The position numbers and the translations under genes are program-made. The notes below the pieces were generated by a model. The model worked only from the letters and a program-made list of their open reading frames with translations, was not told the DNA's origin and did not search any database. A stretch of DNA of 64,000 nucleotides from Octopus vulgaris (Eukaryota), in assembly GCA_951406725.2 (NCBI GenBank), contig OX597831.1:31372001-31436000 (forward strand), in the 5' to 3' direction. Positions 50,681 through 62,930 of this stretch are shown piece by piece (the first letter of the stretch is position 1; each line of letters opens with the position of its first letter).

Positions 50681-52870
50681 ATTGACAGGATCATTAGAGA
50701 CAAGAAACAGGACTGGAAGCATGGTGGCAGTAAGGAATTGTAGCAGATAGCCAGAAGGGAAGTTAGGAGACAGGTTTACTTAGCCAGAGAGGAAGCAGAA
50801 AAGAGATCTGCTAATGTTCTGCATCGTGAGGACCAGAAATTTAAGTATTTCAAATTGCAAGACAGTGTGTGAGAGAAAATCACAATATCCTAGGGGAGAA
50901 ATGTCTCCTAACTTGCAGTTAATGATGCTGCAAAGAAAGAGACATGGAGATGCTACAATAAAAGACTGCTCAATGAAGAGAATGAATGAGAGAAAGAGAG
51001 CCTGCCAAATGTTGATCCAACTGAGGGACCAGCTATCCGAATTGACAGTACCTTGGTAGATAATGCAATTAAGGCTATGAAGACAGGGAAAGCACCTGGC
51101 TCATCAGAAATCACCGCCGAGATCATTAAAATATCTGGCAGTGTAGGCTATGGTGTAGTCACCTATATAATTAACCAAGTGATACAAAGAGTCATACCCA
51201 ACGACTGGTGTAGCAGCACCATAGTCAACTGCTACAAAGGTATCAAACTGTTGGATCAAGTGATGAAAGTTTCAGAGAGGGTCATAGCCCAACTAATTAA
51301 GGGGAGAGTTAATTTAGATGAGATGCAATTTGGGTTTGTGCCAGGGAAAAGCACCACTGATGCTATATTTCTGGTAAGACAGTTGCAGGAGAAATACCTA
51401 GCCAAAGATAAACTTCTGTACTTGGCTTTTGTTGACATGGAGAAAGCCTTTGGCAGGGGTCCCCAATCCCTTATCTGGTGGTCAATGTGGAAACTAGGGA
51501 TAGATGAGTGGTTGGTGAGAGCTGTACTAGCCATGTTCAGAGAAGCTGCCAGTAAGGTGAGGGTTGGCAATGAGTACAGCAAAAAATTCAGGGTACAAGT
51601 AGGGGTTCACTAAGGACCAGTCCTAAGCCCCTTCTTGCTTGTCATAGTCCTCCAGACAATAACAGAGGAATTCAAGACAGGCTGCCCTGGGAGCTCCTCT
51701 ATGCTGATGACCTTGCTCTAATAGCTGGGTCACTACCAAAACTAAAAGTTTCAGGTGTGGAAGCAAGTTCTAGAATCGAAAGTCCTTAGAGTTAACCTAG
51801 CAAAAACTAAAATCTTAGTGAGTTAGACGGCGAACAAATCAAAAATCTCATCAGGTAGATGGCTCTGCTTGAACTGTAGAAAAGACGTAGATAGAAGATG
51901 TACCCAGTGTAAGCTATGGACACATAAGAGGTGCAGCAATATCAGAAGTTTAACAGAGAAGATAGTTTTTGTGCGTGGAAGGTGCACTAAGATAATAGAC
52001 ACCAAAAACATACAGAAAACAGATTCCATCACATGCCAGGGAGAAAAACTAGTAGTAGATAGATTCTGTGACCAAGTAAGTAGCAGGGGTGGATGCTCTG
52101 TTAGCATAGCTGCTAGAATAAGAATAGCCTGGGCAAAGTTCAGAGCACTCTTACCTCTGTTGGTAACAAAGGGCCTCTTGCAGAGTGAATGGCAGACTGT
52201 GTGATGCCTGTGTGCAAACAGCCATGCTACAAGGCAGTGAAATATGGGCTGTGACCGCTGAGGACATGCATGAGCTTGTAAGAAATGAAGCTAGTACGCT
52301 CCGCTAGATGTGTAATGTCAGTGTGCAGGCACAACAGAGTGTAAGCTTGCTGAGAGAAAAGTTGGACATAAGAAGCATCAGATGTGGTGTGCAAGAGAGA
52401 TGACTGTGTTGGTATGGTCATGTGATGTGTCACGTAACTGGCCTGTTAAAAGCACCCTTCAATCATTGGACAATATACTGTGCTTATGAAGACATATTGA
52501 ACTGAGTTAAATTGAAGGTGTGGTCAATGCCAGTGCCATCTGACTGGCATCCGTGCTGCTGGCACATAAAAAGCACCGTTCAAGCATTGGAGATCATGGA
52601 GGCAATGACAGGTGACTAAGACCCTTGGCGATATACCGTGTTTGTGTTGACCTGTCAAGCCAAGTGAGACCATAGCTGTGGCCAATGCTGGTCGCACACA
52701 AACAGCATCCACTATATTCGGAGTGGTTGGCATTAGGAAGGGCATCCAGGTGTAGAAATCTTAGCAAATCAGATTGGAACCTGGTGCAGCCCAGTGGCTT
52801 ACCAGTTTTCAGTCAAACTGCCCAACCCATGCCAGCTTGGGAAGCATATGTTAAACGATAACGATGATGA
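50681..52870 (+). mobile_element. 5'-truncated RTE LINE (RT to 3' UTR), pseudogenised
   Basis: MKTGKAPG, QFGFVPGKSTTDAIF, LAFVDMEKAF, LYADDL, RIRIAWAKFR; family D UTR and (gat)n tail. Confidence 0.93.
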
Positions 52871-53030
52871 TATATATATATATATATAGATATACACATT
52901 TTCATGACACTGGGGTGTGTTTACATGCCACCGGCGATTTGCATGACACCGGTATCTGCCATGACTGTGATTTTGCTTGGCTTGATGGGTCTTCTCAAGC
53001 ACCACATAATGCCAAAGGTCATGGCCATTG

Positions 53031-53336
53031 CCTCTGTGAGGCCCAATACTCGAAAAGAACTCAGCCACTTTGCCTCCGTGAGGCCCAACACTCGAAAGGA
53101 ACTCAGCCACCATGCCTCCATGAGGCCCAACACTCGAAAGGTACTCAGCCATCATGCCTCCGTGAGGCCCAACACTCGAAAGGTACTCAGCCACCGTGAG
53201 GCCCAATACTCGAAAGGAACTCAGCCACTGTGCCTCCGTGAGGCCCAACACTCAAAAGGAACTCAGCCACCATGCCTCCGTGAGGCCCAACACTCAAAAG
53301 GAACTCAGCTACCATGCCTCCGTGAGGCCCAACACT
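53031..53336. repeat. 42-bp minisatellite (gcctccgtgaggcccaacactcgaaaggaactcagccaccat) x ~7
   Basis: Direct reading; unit derives from the RTE ORF2 C-terminus on the minus strand. Confidence 0.93.
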
Positions 53337-54546
53337 GAGGCATACATATATATATAGGCATAAATATAAATCCACACACACACACACGCATATAAATATA
53401 CATACACATCTACACATGTATATATAATTAATAAATAATTAGGTGTGTCTATTTACTTTTGAGATGTCTGTGTATAGAAAACAGCTTGTGTTATTAAGAG
53501 GTATTGGCAAAGTGCCTAGTTTCCTGGTTACCAGCCAACTTCAAAGATGTTGAGAGAATTTCTTGAAATGAAATTAATGAACCAATAAGTTTGTTTAGGT
53601 AACAATAATGAAACAGTAATGAAACTTATTCGTTAAACAATACGATTACATTTTTGTTGTTGTTGTAGCCGTTTTTATTTTTAGCCCTGCTGAACTAATC
53701 AAACCTATAATCAGAAGCCATATATTCATCATCATCATTCATGGTGTATCTAGTACTATATTATGCCATGCATTCTTTCCAGATGTGACTTGACAAATAT
53801 TTGGCTGCAATTTCTAGCAGGTAGATTCTACTTTGCTGTCAAATACTACACAAGATGTGCAGACAAGAAGATTTCGATTCCAAGTCTAAACCATTTAAAG
53901 TAATTAATGCATCATCAATGACTGACTGGCAGGCCACGTGTTTTCCACATCACCTCTCAAATATACAACTCTCTCTCTTAATATCTACCTATGTATGTGT
54001 GTCTGTGTGTTTGAAGGCACATGGCTTGGTTAAAGCATTGGGCCAACAATCATGAGCTAGTGAGTTAGACTCCTGGACTGGGCTGCATGTTGTGCTCTTG
54101 AGCAAGACACTATTTCACATTGCTCCAGTTGCCAAGCTGTATTGGCCTTTGCCTTTCCCTCAGATAACATTGGTAATGTGAAGAGGGGAGGCTGGTATGC
54201 ATGGGTAACTGCTGGTCTTCCATAAACAACCTTGCCCAGAGTTGTTCCTCAGGGACTAACATTCTAGGTGCAATCCCATGGTAGTTACTGACCGAAGGAG
54301 GTTTTTTACCCTTTATTTATATTATATATAAAAGCACCCACTACAGTCACAGAGTGGTTGGCGTTAGGAAGGGCATCCAGCAGTAGAAACACTACCAGAT
54401 CAGACTGGAGCCTGGTGCAGCCCCCTGGCTTCCCAGACCCTGGTCGAACCATCCAACCCATGCTAGCATGAAAAACGGATGTTAAACGATGATGATATAT
54501 ATATATATACACAGACACACACACATATACTAGCATACATATGTTA

Positions 54547-54777
54547 GGCAGCAAACTGGCAGACACGTTAGCGCGCTGGGCGAAGTGCTTAGCGGTATTT
54601 CGTCTGTCGTTACGTTCTGAGTTCAAATTCCGCCGAGGTCAACTTTGCCTTTCATCCTTTCGGGGTCGATAAATAAAGTACCAGTTACACACCGGGGTCG
54701 ATGCAATTGACTCAATCCCTTCATCTGTCCTTGTTTGTCCCCTCTATGTTTAGCCCCTTCTGGGCAGTAAAGAAATA
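54547..54777 (+). mobile_element. SINE family A monomer
   Basis: Family A consensus. Confidence 0.85.
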
Positions 54778-54887
54778 CATACATATGTATATACAAACAT
54801 ATATGTACACATGCGTGTGTATATATACACATGCACGCATACACAAGCGTTATCTAACTTAAGCTGAATAAGTGACTCACGGACTTC

Positions 54888-55660
54888 ATCATCATCATCA
54901 TCGTTTAACGTCCACTTTCCGTTCTAGCATGGGTTGGACGATTTTGACTGAGGGCTGGCGAACCAGGTGGTTGCACCAGTCTCCAATCTTGATTTGGCAG
55001 AGTTTCTAAAGCTGGATGCCCTTCCTAATGCCAACCACTCCGAGAGTGTAGTGGGTGCTTTTTACGTGCCACCAGCATGGGGGCCAGTCAGGCGGTACTG
55101 GCAACGACCTCGCTCGAATCCTTTTACACATACCACCAGCACAGGTGCCAGTAAGGCGACGTGGGTAACGATCACACTCGAATGGTGCCCTTTTACGTGC
55201 CACTGGCATGGAAGTCAGTTGGCTGCTCTGGCAACGATCGCACTCGGATGGTGCTCTTGGCACCCTACTAGCACGGGCACAAGTGCCAGTAAGGCGACTC
55301 TGGTAACGATCACGCTCGAATGGTGCCCTTTAAATTCCACTGGCACAGAAGCCGGTTAGCCGCTCTGTCAATGATCATGCTCGTATGGTGCTCTTTGCAC
55401 CCTGCCAGCACGGCCGCCAGTCATCGAATTTGATTTTGATTTTGCTTTTGATTGATTTGATTTGATTTCACTTGCCTCAACAGGTCTTCGCAAGCAGAGT
55501 TTTAGTGACCAAAGAAGGAAAAGGTTACATACAAGTGGGCTGGTTACGCCCCTGGCATAGGCCATGAGATTATGGTTTCATTTGGCTTGCCGGGTCTTCT
55601 CATGCACAGCAGATTTCCAAAGGTCTCGGTCACTAGTCATTTCCTTGGTGAGGCCTAAAG
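54888..55660 (-). mobile_element. Family D / RTE 3' end with expanded internal tandem units
   Basis: (cat)n tail and repeated gcaacgatcacactcgaatggtgc-like units. Confidence 0.85.
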
Positions 55661-55914
55661 CCCGTGATTGGCTATAAAGAAACTAGTTTGATAAGTGCTA
55701 CACACAACACTGTAGGCCCTTCAGTTATTAATATAACCTCAGAGCTAAAATAGATGCTCAACCTCATGTACTAAGTTATTTTTCTTTTGTATGTCCCACC
55801 AAACACATACATTCACTGTATACATCCTTTTGAATTTTAGTGTTCTTTCAGCTTTTTACTCCTGATTTGCATGCATGCACGTATGTGTGCATCTACATAT
55901 ATGTGAATGTGTGT

Positions 55915-55922
55915 ATGAATGA

Positions 55923-55982
<60 letters not shown>

Positions 55983-56190
55983 ATGTATATATGTATATAT
56001 GTGTGTGTGTGTATGATGTATGTATATATGTATATATATATGTGTGTGTGTATGATGTATGTATATATATATATATGTGTGTGTGTATGATGTATGTATA
56101 TATATATATGTGTGTGTGTATGATGTATGTATATATATATGTATGTATGTATGTATTTATATATGTGTGTGTGTGTATGATGTATGTATG

Positions 56191-56239
<49 letters not shown>

Positions 56240-56272
56240 GTATGTATGTATATATGTATATATGTATATATA
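55915..56272. repeat. Compound (TA)/(TG)/tatga microsatellite
   Basis: Direct reading. Confidence 0.95.
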
Positions 56273-56553
56273 AATGGTACAAAAATGCAATAGAGGGCAT
56301 TAAAACGTTCAAATAGATAGATGATACAAAGGCGGACAAGAGAAACAATAATTAGAAGCACAGGCAAAAAAGACGAGTCATTTGTGGCTTTCTTTCATCA
56401 GTCAAGTCCCAGAAGTCACGACCATTTCGGACAGTTACACTTGAGCTGTTTTGATCTGGTTGTTCCCACACACACACACATATATATACGCATCTATGTT
56501 TCGCTTCACTTGTAAGTGTGTGTGTGTGTTCAACGGATGTTAAATGATGATAA

Positions 56554-56595
<42 letters not shown>

Positions 56596-56794
56596 GCATT
56601 AACACACACATGTCAGTGAAGTGAAATGCAGAATTCATATCCACCACACAAATACCAGTCATCTGTGAACACAAACATGCATAATACACGCAGCAACTGA
56701 TTCAGCCAACTACAAACTGTCTTAACTGAAACAAAACATCATGTCCCTTGGATAGTGGCCAGCTTGAATTCTCCAAAGAAGAAAACAGACATAC

Positions 56795-56825
<31 letters not shown>

Positions 56826-57624
56826 TATAAATATATAACAGAGTATCCCAAGTTTTACTCCATAACTTTCTACATTAAATCATAAAATAAAAAGCAGTAG
56901 TCATTTCAGGCACAGGGCTATCGCATATCGCGTTAGCAAAAGGAAATATGAAGAAATATTTATCGGTTTCAAATTTTAGCACAAGGCCAGCAAATTCGGA
57001 GGAGGGTGCAAGTCGATTACATAAACCCCCACCCCCAGTGCTCCACTGGTACTTATTTTATTGAATCCGAAAGGATGAAAGGCAAAGTCGACCTCGGGGG
57101 AATTTGAACTCAGATCGTAAAGACAGACAAAATGCTGCCAAGCATTAACATCATTGAAATCTCACAGCGACAGGATAAGGCATGATTAATTCAAAATAAT
57201 GTGAATAAATAAGCATTACATTTGAGAGAGTAATCTGAAAGCTTAAAGGGTTAAAATATGAACATCCCGTGAGTTGAAAAGGGAGGTAATTCTCCCTTAT
57301 TGCTCTAATATATCATAGGTTCCTACAGCGGTGATAATTCTTTTTTTTCTACAAAACATTCCGGCCGATGCACATGAATCTCTTATACAGGCGCAGGGAG
57401 ACACACTTTCCCCATTTAAGGGTTAAAACGTGAAGAAACACCCCGTGACAGTTTAACTCAAATGATACATAATATTGAAATGTAAGGGAGGTAATTATAA
57501 AACCTTTCGTTACTGATTATCTCCCTTATTGCACTACTCTATCATAGGTTCATGCAGCGACGATAAATTTTATTTTTTTCTACAAAACATTCCAGCCGAC
57601 GCACATGAGTCTCTTCTGCAGGCG

Positions 57625-58523
57625 CAGGGAGACACACTCGCCCGTTTCTCTTCATCATTGTCGTTGACTATGTGCTACGTATGTCAGTTGATACCATTTC
57701 TAGTAAGGGCTTTGATGTAAAACCTAGAAGTTCCAGACACCCAGCTGAACACTTAACAGACACTGACTTTGCTGACGACATCGCTCTTATCAGGGATTCT
57801 CTCTCCAATGCCCAGTCTCTTTTACAATCTCTCGAACAAGCCTCAAATTGTGTAGGACTTTACCTCAATTAGGCCAAGACTGAATATGTAAATAAGTGCC
57901 AGTCCAACAGTGATTTCATCATCCATACTCTCAACGATACGCTCTTAAATATGGTTTCTGATTACAAATATCTTTGGCCATACATATCATCATCTGAAAA
58001 AGATTTTCTAACTAGAAAGGGTATGACCTGGTGAGCCTGTAATGATATGCATAAAATCTAGTCATCAAATCTAAGTAGAGATTTCAAACTTAAAATTTTC
58101 AAAGCCACAGTCTAACCAATTCTACTATATGGCTCAGAAACCTGGACGTTATCAAAGAAGCTTGAGAGGTGGTTCGATGGAACTTACACTCGCCTCCTTA
58201 TGAGAGCTCAAAATCCTTCGTGGAAGCGTCATCCAACCAAAGTACAAATACATGGGAAATTACCACCTGTATCATCTCTTGTGAAAGGTAGAAGAGTCCA
58301 GTTTGCTGGACATTGTTGTAGAATTGAAAACGAGGTAATTACTCTTCTCCTCTTGAAGCCATCTGTTAGCGATACCAGAGGGCGCACACTCTCCTACTCT
58401 GATGTAATCTCCAGGGATACAGGTATTCAGCAACAGGACATCCGTAATGCTATGGTGGACTGTGAAGTCTGGCGTAACATAGTAAACTCCATTGTCTCGA
58501 CCATGGTCGAACAATGATGATGA
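57625..58523 (+). mobile_element. 5'-truncated RTE-group LINE, pseudogenised
   Basis: QGDTLA.FLF, LTDTDFADDIAL, YKYL, LLYGSETWTL; (tga)n tail; absent from the second duplication unit. Confidence 0.88.
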
Positions 58524-59857
58524 CAGGCACAGGTGAGACTCTATGGTTAAGAAGCTTGCTCCCAAACCATGTGATCGTCATTCAGTCCCACTGTGCGGCA
58601 CCTTGGACAAGAGTCTCCAATTATAACACCGAGAACCAAAGCCTTGTGAGTGGATTTGGTAGGCAGAAACTGTGGAAGCCTGTCGTGTGTTTTTGTGCGC
58701 GCGCACACACACACAGATAGACAGAAAGATATGTGTGTGTTTGTACGAACTCCACCCCAGCGCTTGACAACTGTTGTTGGTTTGTTTAAGTCCCCTTAAG
58801 CTAACAGTTTGACAACATAAACCAATGGAATTTTAAATAAAAAACAGGGTTCATTTGTTCAACTGAAACACTTCAAAGCAGTGCCCCAGCATGGCCACAA
58901 TCTAATGCCTTAGAAAAAATATCAGATATAGGGTTATATTTCTTATTACAAGAAACATTCTGAGTTCAAATTCCGCCAAGGTTGACTTTGCCTTTCATCA
59001 TTTCAGGGTCGATAAACTAAGTACCACTTGAATACCGGAGTGGAGGTCGTGCAATTTACTTACCCTACCCATAAACATTTCTGGCCCTCTGCCCAAATTT
59101 GAAATCAATATTAGCAAAAGATCAGTATCCAATCATCAGCATTGTTTTAACTTCCACTTTTCCATGCTTGCATGAGTCGGACAGAATTAGTTGAAACAAA
59201 TTTTCTACAACTGGATGCCCTTCCTGTAGCCAACCCTCATCTCTTTCCAAGCAAGCTAATAATATCCAAGTCTACTGAAAAACGAACGGTCCAAGTCCAG
59301 TCGTGCAGTTATGGAAACAATAACACCATTTGAATTAACCTTTTTATCTTTTAATTGTTTCAGTCATTAGACTGAGGCCATGCTGGGATACTGCCTTGAA
59401 ATATTTAAGCACCCCCCAGTGCTCCACTGGTACTTATTTTATTGACTTCGAAAGGATGAAAGGCAAAGTCGACCTCGGCGGAATTTGAACTCAGACCGTA
59501 AAGACAGACAAAATGCAGCCAAGCATTTTGCCCGGTGTACTAATGATTCTCCCCATTCGTCGCCTTCATCCTTTAGCATCCAAATCGGCCATATCCGGTC
59601 TAAATATTCTAATTTAATGTTAAAACTCGCTGGATCTGGCGTCTCAGACCTTCCTACAATGTCATTCTGAAAGATGAACAATAACATCATTGAAATCTCA
59701 CGGCCACAAGATAAGGCATGATTAATTCAAAATGATGTGAATAAATAAGCATTACAGTTGAGAGAGTAATCTGAAAGCTTAAGGGTTACAATATGAAGAA
59801 ACATCCCGTTACAGTTTAACTCAAATGATATATAAAATTGAAATGTAAGGGAGGTAA

Positions 59858-60296
59858 CATATGGATGTAAGGGAGCAACATATGGATGCGAGACCTGGAC
59901 ACTAAAGAAAGCTGACCAGAAGAGAATTAATGCATTCGAGCTTTGGTGTTGGAGAAGACTTTTACGGATTCCATGGACAGCGAGGATCACCAATAGAGAA
60001 GTTCTTAAGCAGATCAGGCCGAAAATGTCGCAAGAAGCTAGGATCACCAAGCATAGATTGGCATATTTCGGTCATATTATGCGGAGAAAATCCCTGGAGA
60101 AGGACATCATGCTCGGAATGGTCAGTGGCAAGAGAGGAAGAGGCCGACCAAGAACCCGCTGGCTTGAAACCATCAAGACTGATACCGGAATGGACATAGC
60201 CAATCTGAAAGAAGCGGCCCAGGATAGAACTGACTGGAGGACACTGATCCAACGAGTAACCGAGAGTCGACTTCGACTGAGCGGCTAGATGGATGG
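59858..60296 (+). mobile_element. Short RTE (BovB-like) LINE 3' end with 11-bp TSD
   Basis: YGCETWTLKKADQKRINAFELWCWRRLLRIPWTAR...YFGHIMRR...GRGRPRTRW; TSD aagggaggtaa at 59847-59857 and 60297-60307. Confidence 0.92.
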
Positions 60297-60958
60297 AAGG
60301 GAGGTAATTATAAAACCATACATTACCGATTATCTCCCTTATTGCATTAATCTATCAGGTTCCTGCAGCGATGATAATGTTTTTTTTTTCTACGGCCGAT
60401 GCACATGAAAGTCTTTTTTACAGGCGCAGGCGAGACTATGGTTAAGAAGCTTGCTCCCAAACCATGTGATCTTCATTCAGTCCCACTGTACGACACCTTG
60501 GACAAGTGTCTCCAATTATAACACCGAGAACCAAAGCCTTGTGGGTGGATTTGGTAGGCAGAAACTGGGAGAAAGCCCGTCGTGTGTTTATGTGCAAACA
60601 CACACACACACACACAGAAATAAACAGAAAGATATGAGTGTGTGTGTGTGTTTGATCTCCACCCAAGCGCTTGACAACCGTTGATGGTTTGTTTAAGTCC
60701 CCTTAAGCTAACAGTTTGACAACATAAACCAATAGAATAAGTACCATACTTGAAAAAAAGGAAAAAAACAGGGCTCATTTGTTCAACTGAAACCCTTCAA
60801 AGCAGTACCCCAGCATGGCCACAATCTAATGCCTTAGAAAAAATATAAGATAAAGGGTTATATTTCTTATTACAAGGAACATTCTGAGTTCAAATTCCGC
60901 AAAGGTTGACTTTGCCTTTCATCATTTCAGGGTCGATAAACTAAGTACCAGTTAGTTG

Positions 60959-61140
60959 ATAAGCTACATTATAAAGTTATGTTGTGTTATATATTTTGAG
61001 GTGCTTTCAATTGTGACACACCTTATTGCAGGTGGACAAAAATGTCAATTTAAGGTAATGAAACAAAGTATTATCGTTATATCACCTGTTGAAAGCACTT
61101 CAAAATACATAACTCAACATAACTTTGTATGTGGTTTATT
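60959..61140. mobile_element. Short MITE-like inverted repeat (~50-bp arms)
   Basis: aaagttatgttgtgttatatattttgaggtgctttcaa / ttgaaagcacttcaaaatacataactcaacataacttt. Confidence 0.75.
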
Positions 61141-61293
61141 GATATGAATGAAATGTTCACTGCGTATGTATACTACCTATGCTCTTTCAGATGACTGAGT
61201 TTCACTTTCGTGCAATGTGTATTATTCAAAATATGAACAAAAGCTTGACCTGCAATAAAGCGTGATACACAGTATATACACACATACACAAAT

Positions 61294-61663
61294 GTGGAAG
61301 CACTCCGTCGGTTACGACGACGAGGGTTCCGGTTGATCCGATCAACGGAACAGCCTGCTCGTGAAATTAACGTGTAAGTGGCTGAGCACTCCACAGACAC
61401 GTGTACCCTTAACGTAGTTCTCGGGCATTTTCAGCATGACACAGAGAGTGACAGGGCTGGCCCTTTGAAATACAGGTACAACAGAAACAAGAAGTAAGAG
61501 TGAGAGAAAGTTGCGGTGAAAGAGTACAGCAGGGATCACCACCATCCCTGCCGGAGCCTCGTGGAGCTTTAGGTGTTTTCGCTCAATAAACACTCACAAC
61601 GCCCGGTCTGGGAATCGAAACCGCGAGTCCGCTGCCATAACCACTGGGCCATTGCGCCTCCAC
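61294..61663 (-). mobile_element. SINE family C with TSD catacacaaat
   Basis: Family C consensus; catacacaaat on both flanks. Confidence 0.9.
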
Positions 61664-61669
61664 GCATAC

Positions 61670-61689
<20 letters not shown>

Positions 61690-61706
<17 letters not shown>

Positions 61707-62204
61707 TGTAGTTGTGTGAGTGTCTGTCCCCTTCGATTTAGATTCCTAACTCCTCCCACATTTTGCGGTGCAGTTTAACCAAATTCGGGTATCTTATAGT
61801 CGTGATTAATTTCGAGCCCGTCTGGCTATTAGCGCGCGTCTACGATGAGTCTACGATTTTAAAAATAATTTAACATCATTTTTTATTCCATTTTAATGCA
61901 TAATTTTTCGTGTGTCGATGGCGGCGGAGTTGGCGTCCACGCTCAAACACCTGCACCTGTGTTTGCTTCTCCCCCTTCTTCCCTCCTTCGTGAAGCTGTG
62001 GGGAAGGGAGTGTAATGAAATCAACGTCATAATGCGTTGTCAAGGAGACCAGCGTTCTTTTAGAACAACTTCATGGCTTGAAGAGACCAAAACAGAAATG
62101 GCTAAGAAAGCCCGAATTGGCATCTATAAGGGAAGTAACTCTCTAAAAATGCTTATATAGTTATTTCCCTTACAAACCCGAGCAACGCCGGGCAATACTG
62201 CTAG
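61690..62204 (+). mobile_element. Non-autonomous Helitron
   Basis: 3' hairpin cccgagcaacgccggg followed by CTAG-T, homologous to the 26545 end. Confidence 0.78.
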
Positions 62205-62506
62205 TATACAAATAAAAAAATGGAGGAATAGGTTCCTTTCAATCATCAACTTACAGATAATACCAATTCATATAATTTATTAACTAATTAAATAGGAACA
62301 TCCAAATCCAACAGAATAAAACAATATACATCAATAAGTAAGATAATGAGGTAAAACATTTCACCTTCGCCCATCTAATAAAATAAATGAACTAATTGCA
62401 TTGCAAATGTAAGCATTTATGTATTAGCCTTTTGGGTACTTCACTGGCAGTATATTGGATAACTGATATCCCATAGTGGGTTACACTCATAACCCCTATC
62501 TCACTT

Positions 62507-62550
<44 letters not shown>

Positions 62551-62551
<1 letters not shown>

Positions 62552-62930
62552 TCTTTTACTTGTTTCAGTCATTTGACTGTGGCCATGCTGGAGCACCGCC
62601 TTTAATCGAGCAACTCGACCCCGGGACTTATTCTTTTGTAAGCCCAGTACTTATTCTATCGGTCTCTTTTGCCGAACTGCTAAGTAACGGGGACATAAAC
62701 ACACCAGCATCGGTTGTCAAGCAATGCTAGGGGGAAAAACACATATATATATATGTATATATATATATATACGACGGGCTTCTTTCAGTTTCAGTCTACC
62801 AAATCCACTCACAAGGCTTTGGTCGGCCCGATGCTATAGTAGAAGACACTTGCCCAAGGTGCCACGCAGTGGGACTGAACCCGGAACCATGTGGTTGGTA
62901 AGCAAGCTACTTACCACACAGCCACTCCTA
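62551..62930 (-). mobile_element. SINE family B
   Basis: Family B consensus. Confidence 0.9.

Larger units (their letters stand above)
57031..60950 (+). repeat. Tandem segmental duplication (units ~57031-59027 and ~59411-60950)
   Basis: Same ordered mosaic in both units: SINE A fragment, piggyBac MITE end, unique linker, SINE B, SINE A fragment. Confidence 0.9.

Noticed and set aside
53031-53336. Regular repeat array resembling CRISPR
   Set aside because: No unique spacers, eukaryotic context, and the unit derives from an RTE.
61177-61248. Possible minus-strand exon (GQAFVHILNNTHCTKVKLSHLKEHR)
   Set aside because: Plausible acceptor, but phase 1-2 does not join the SPC25 exons and the peptide is not recognisable.
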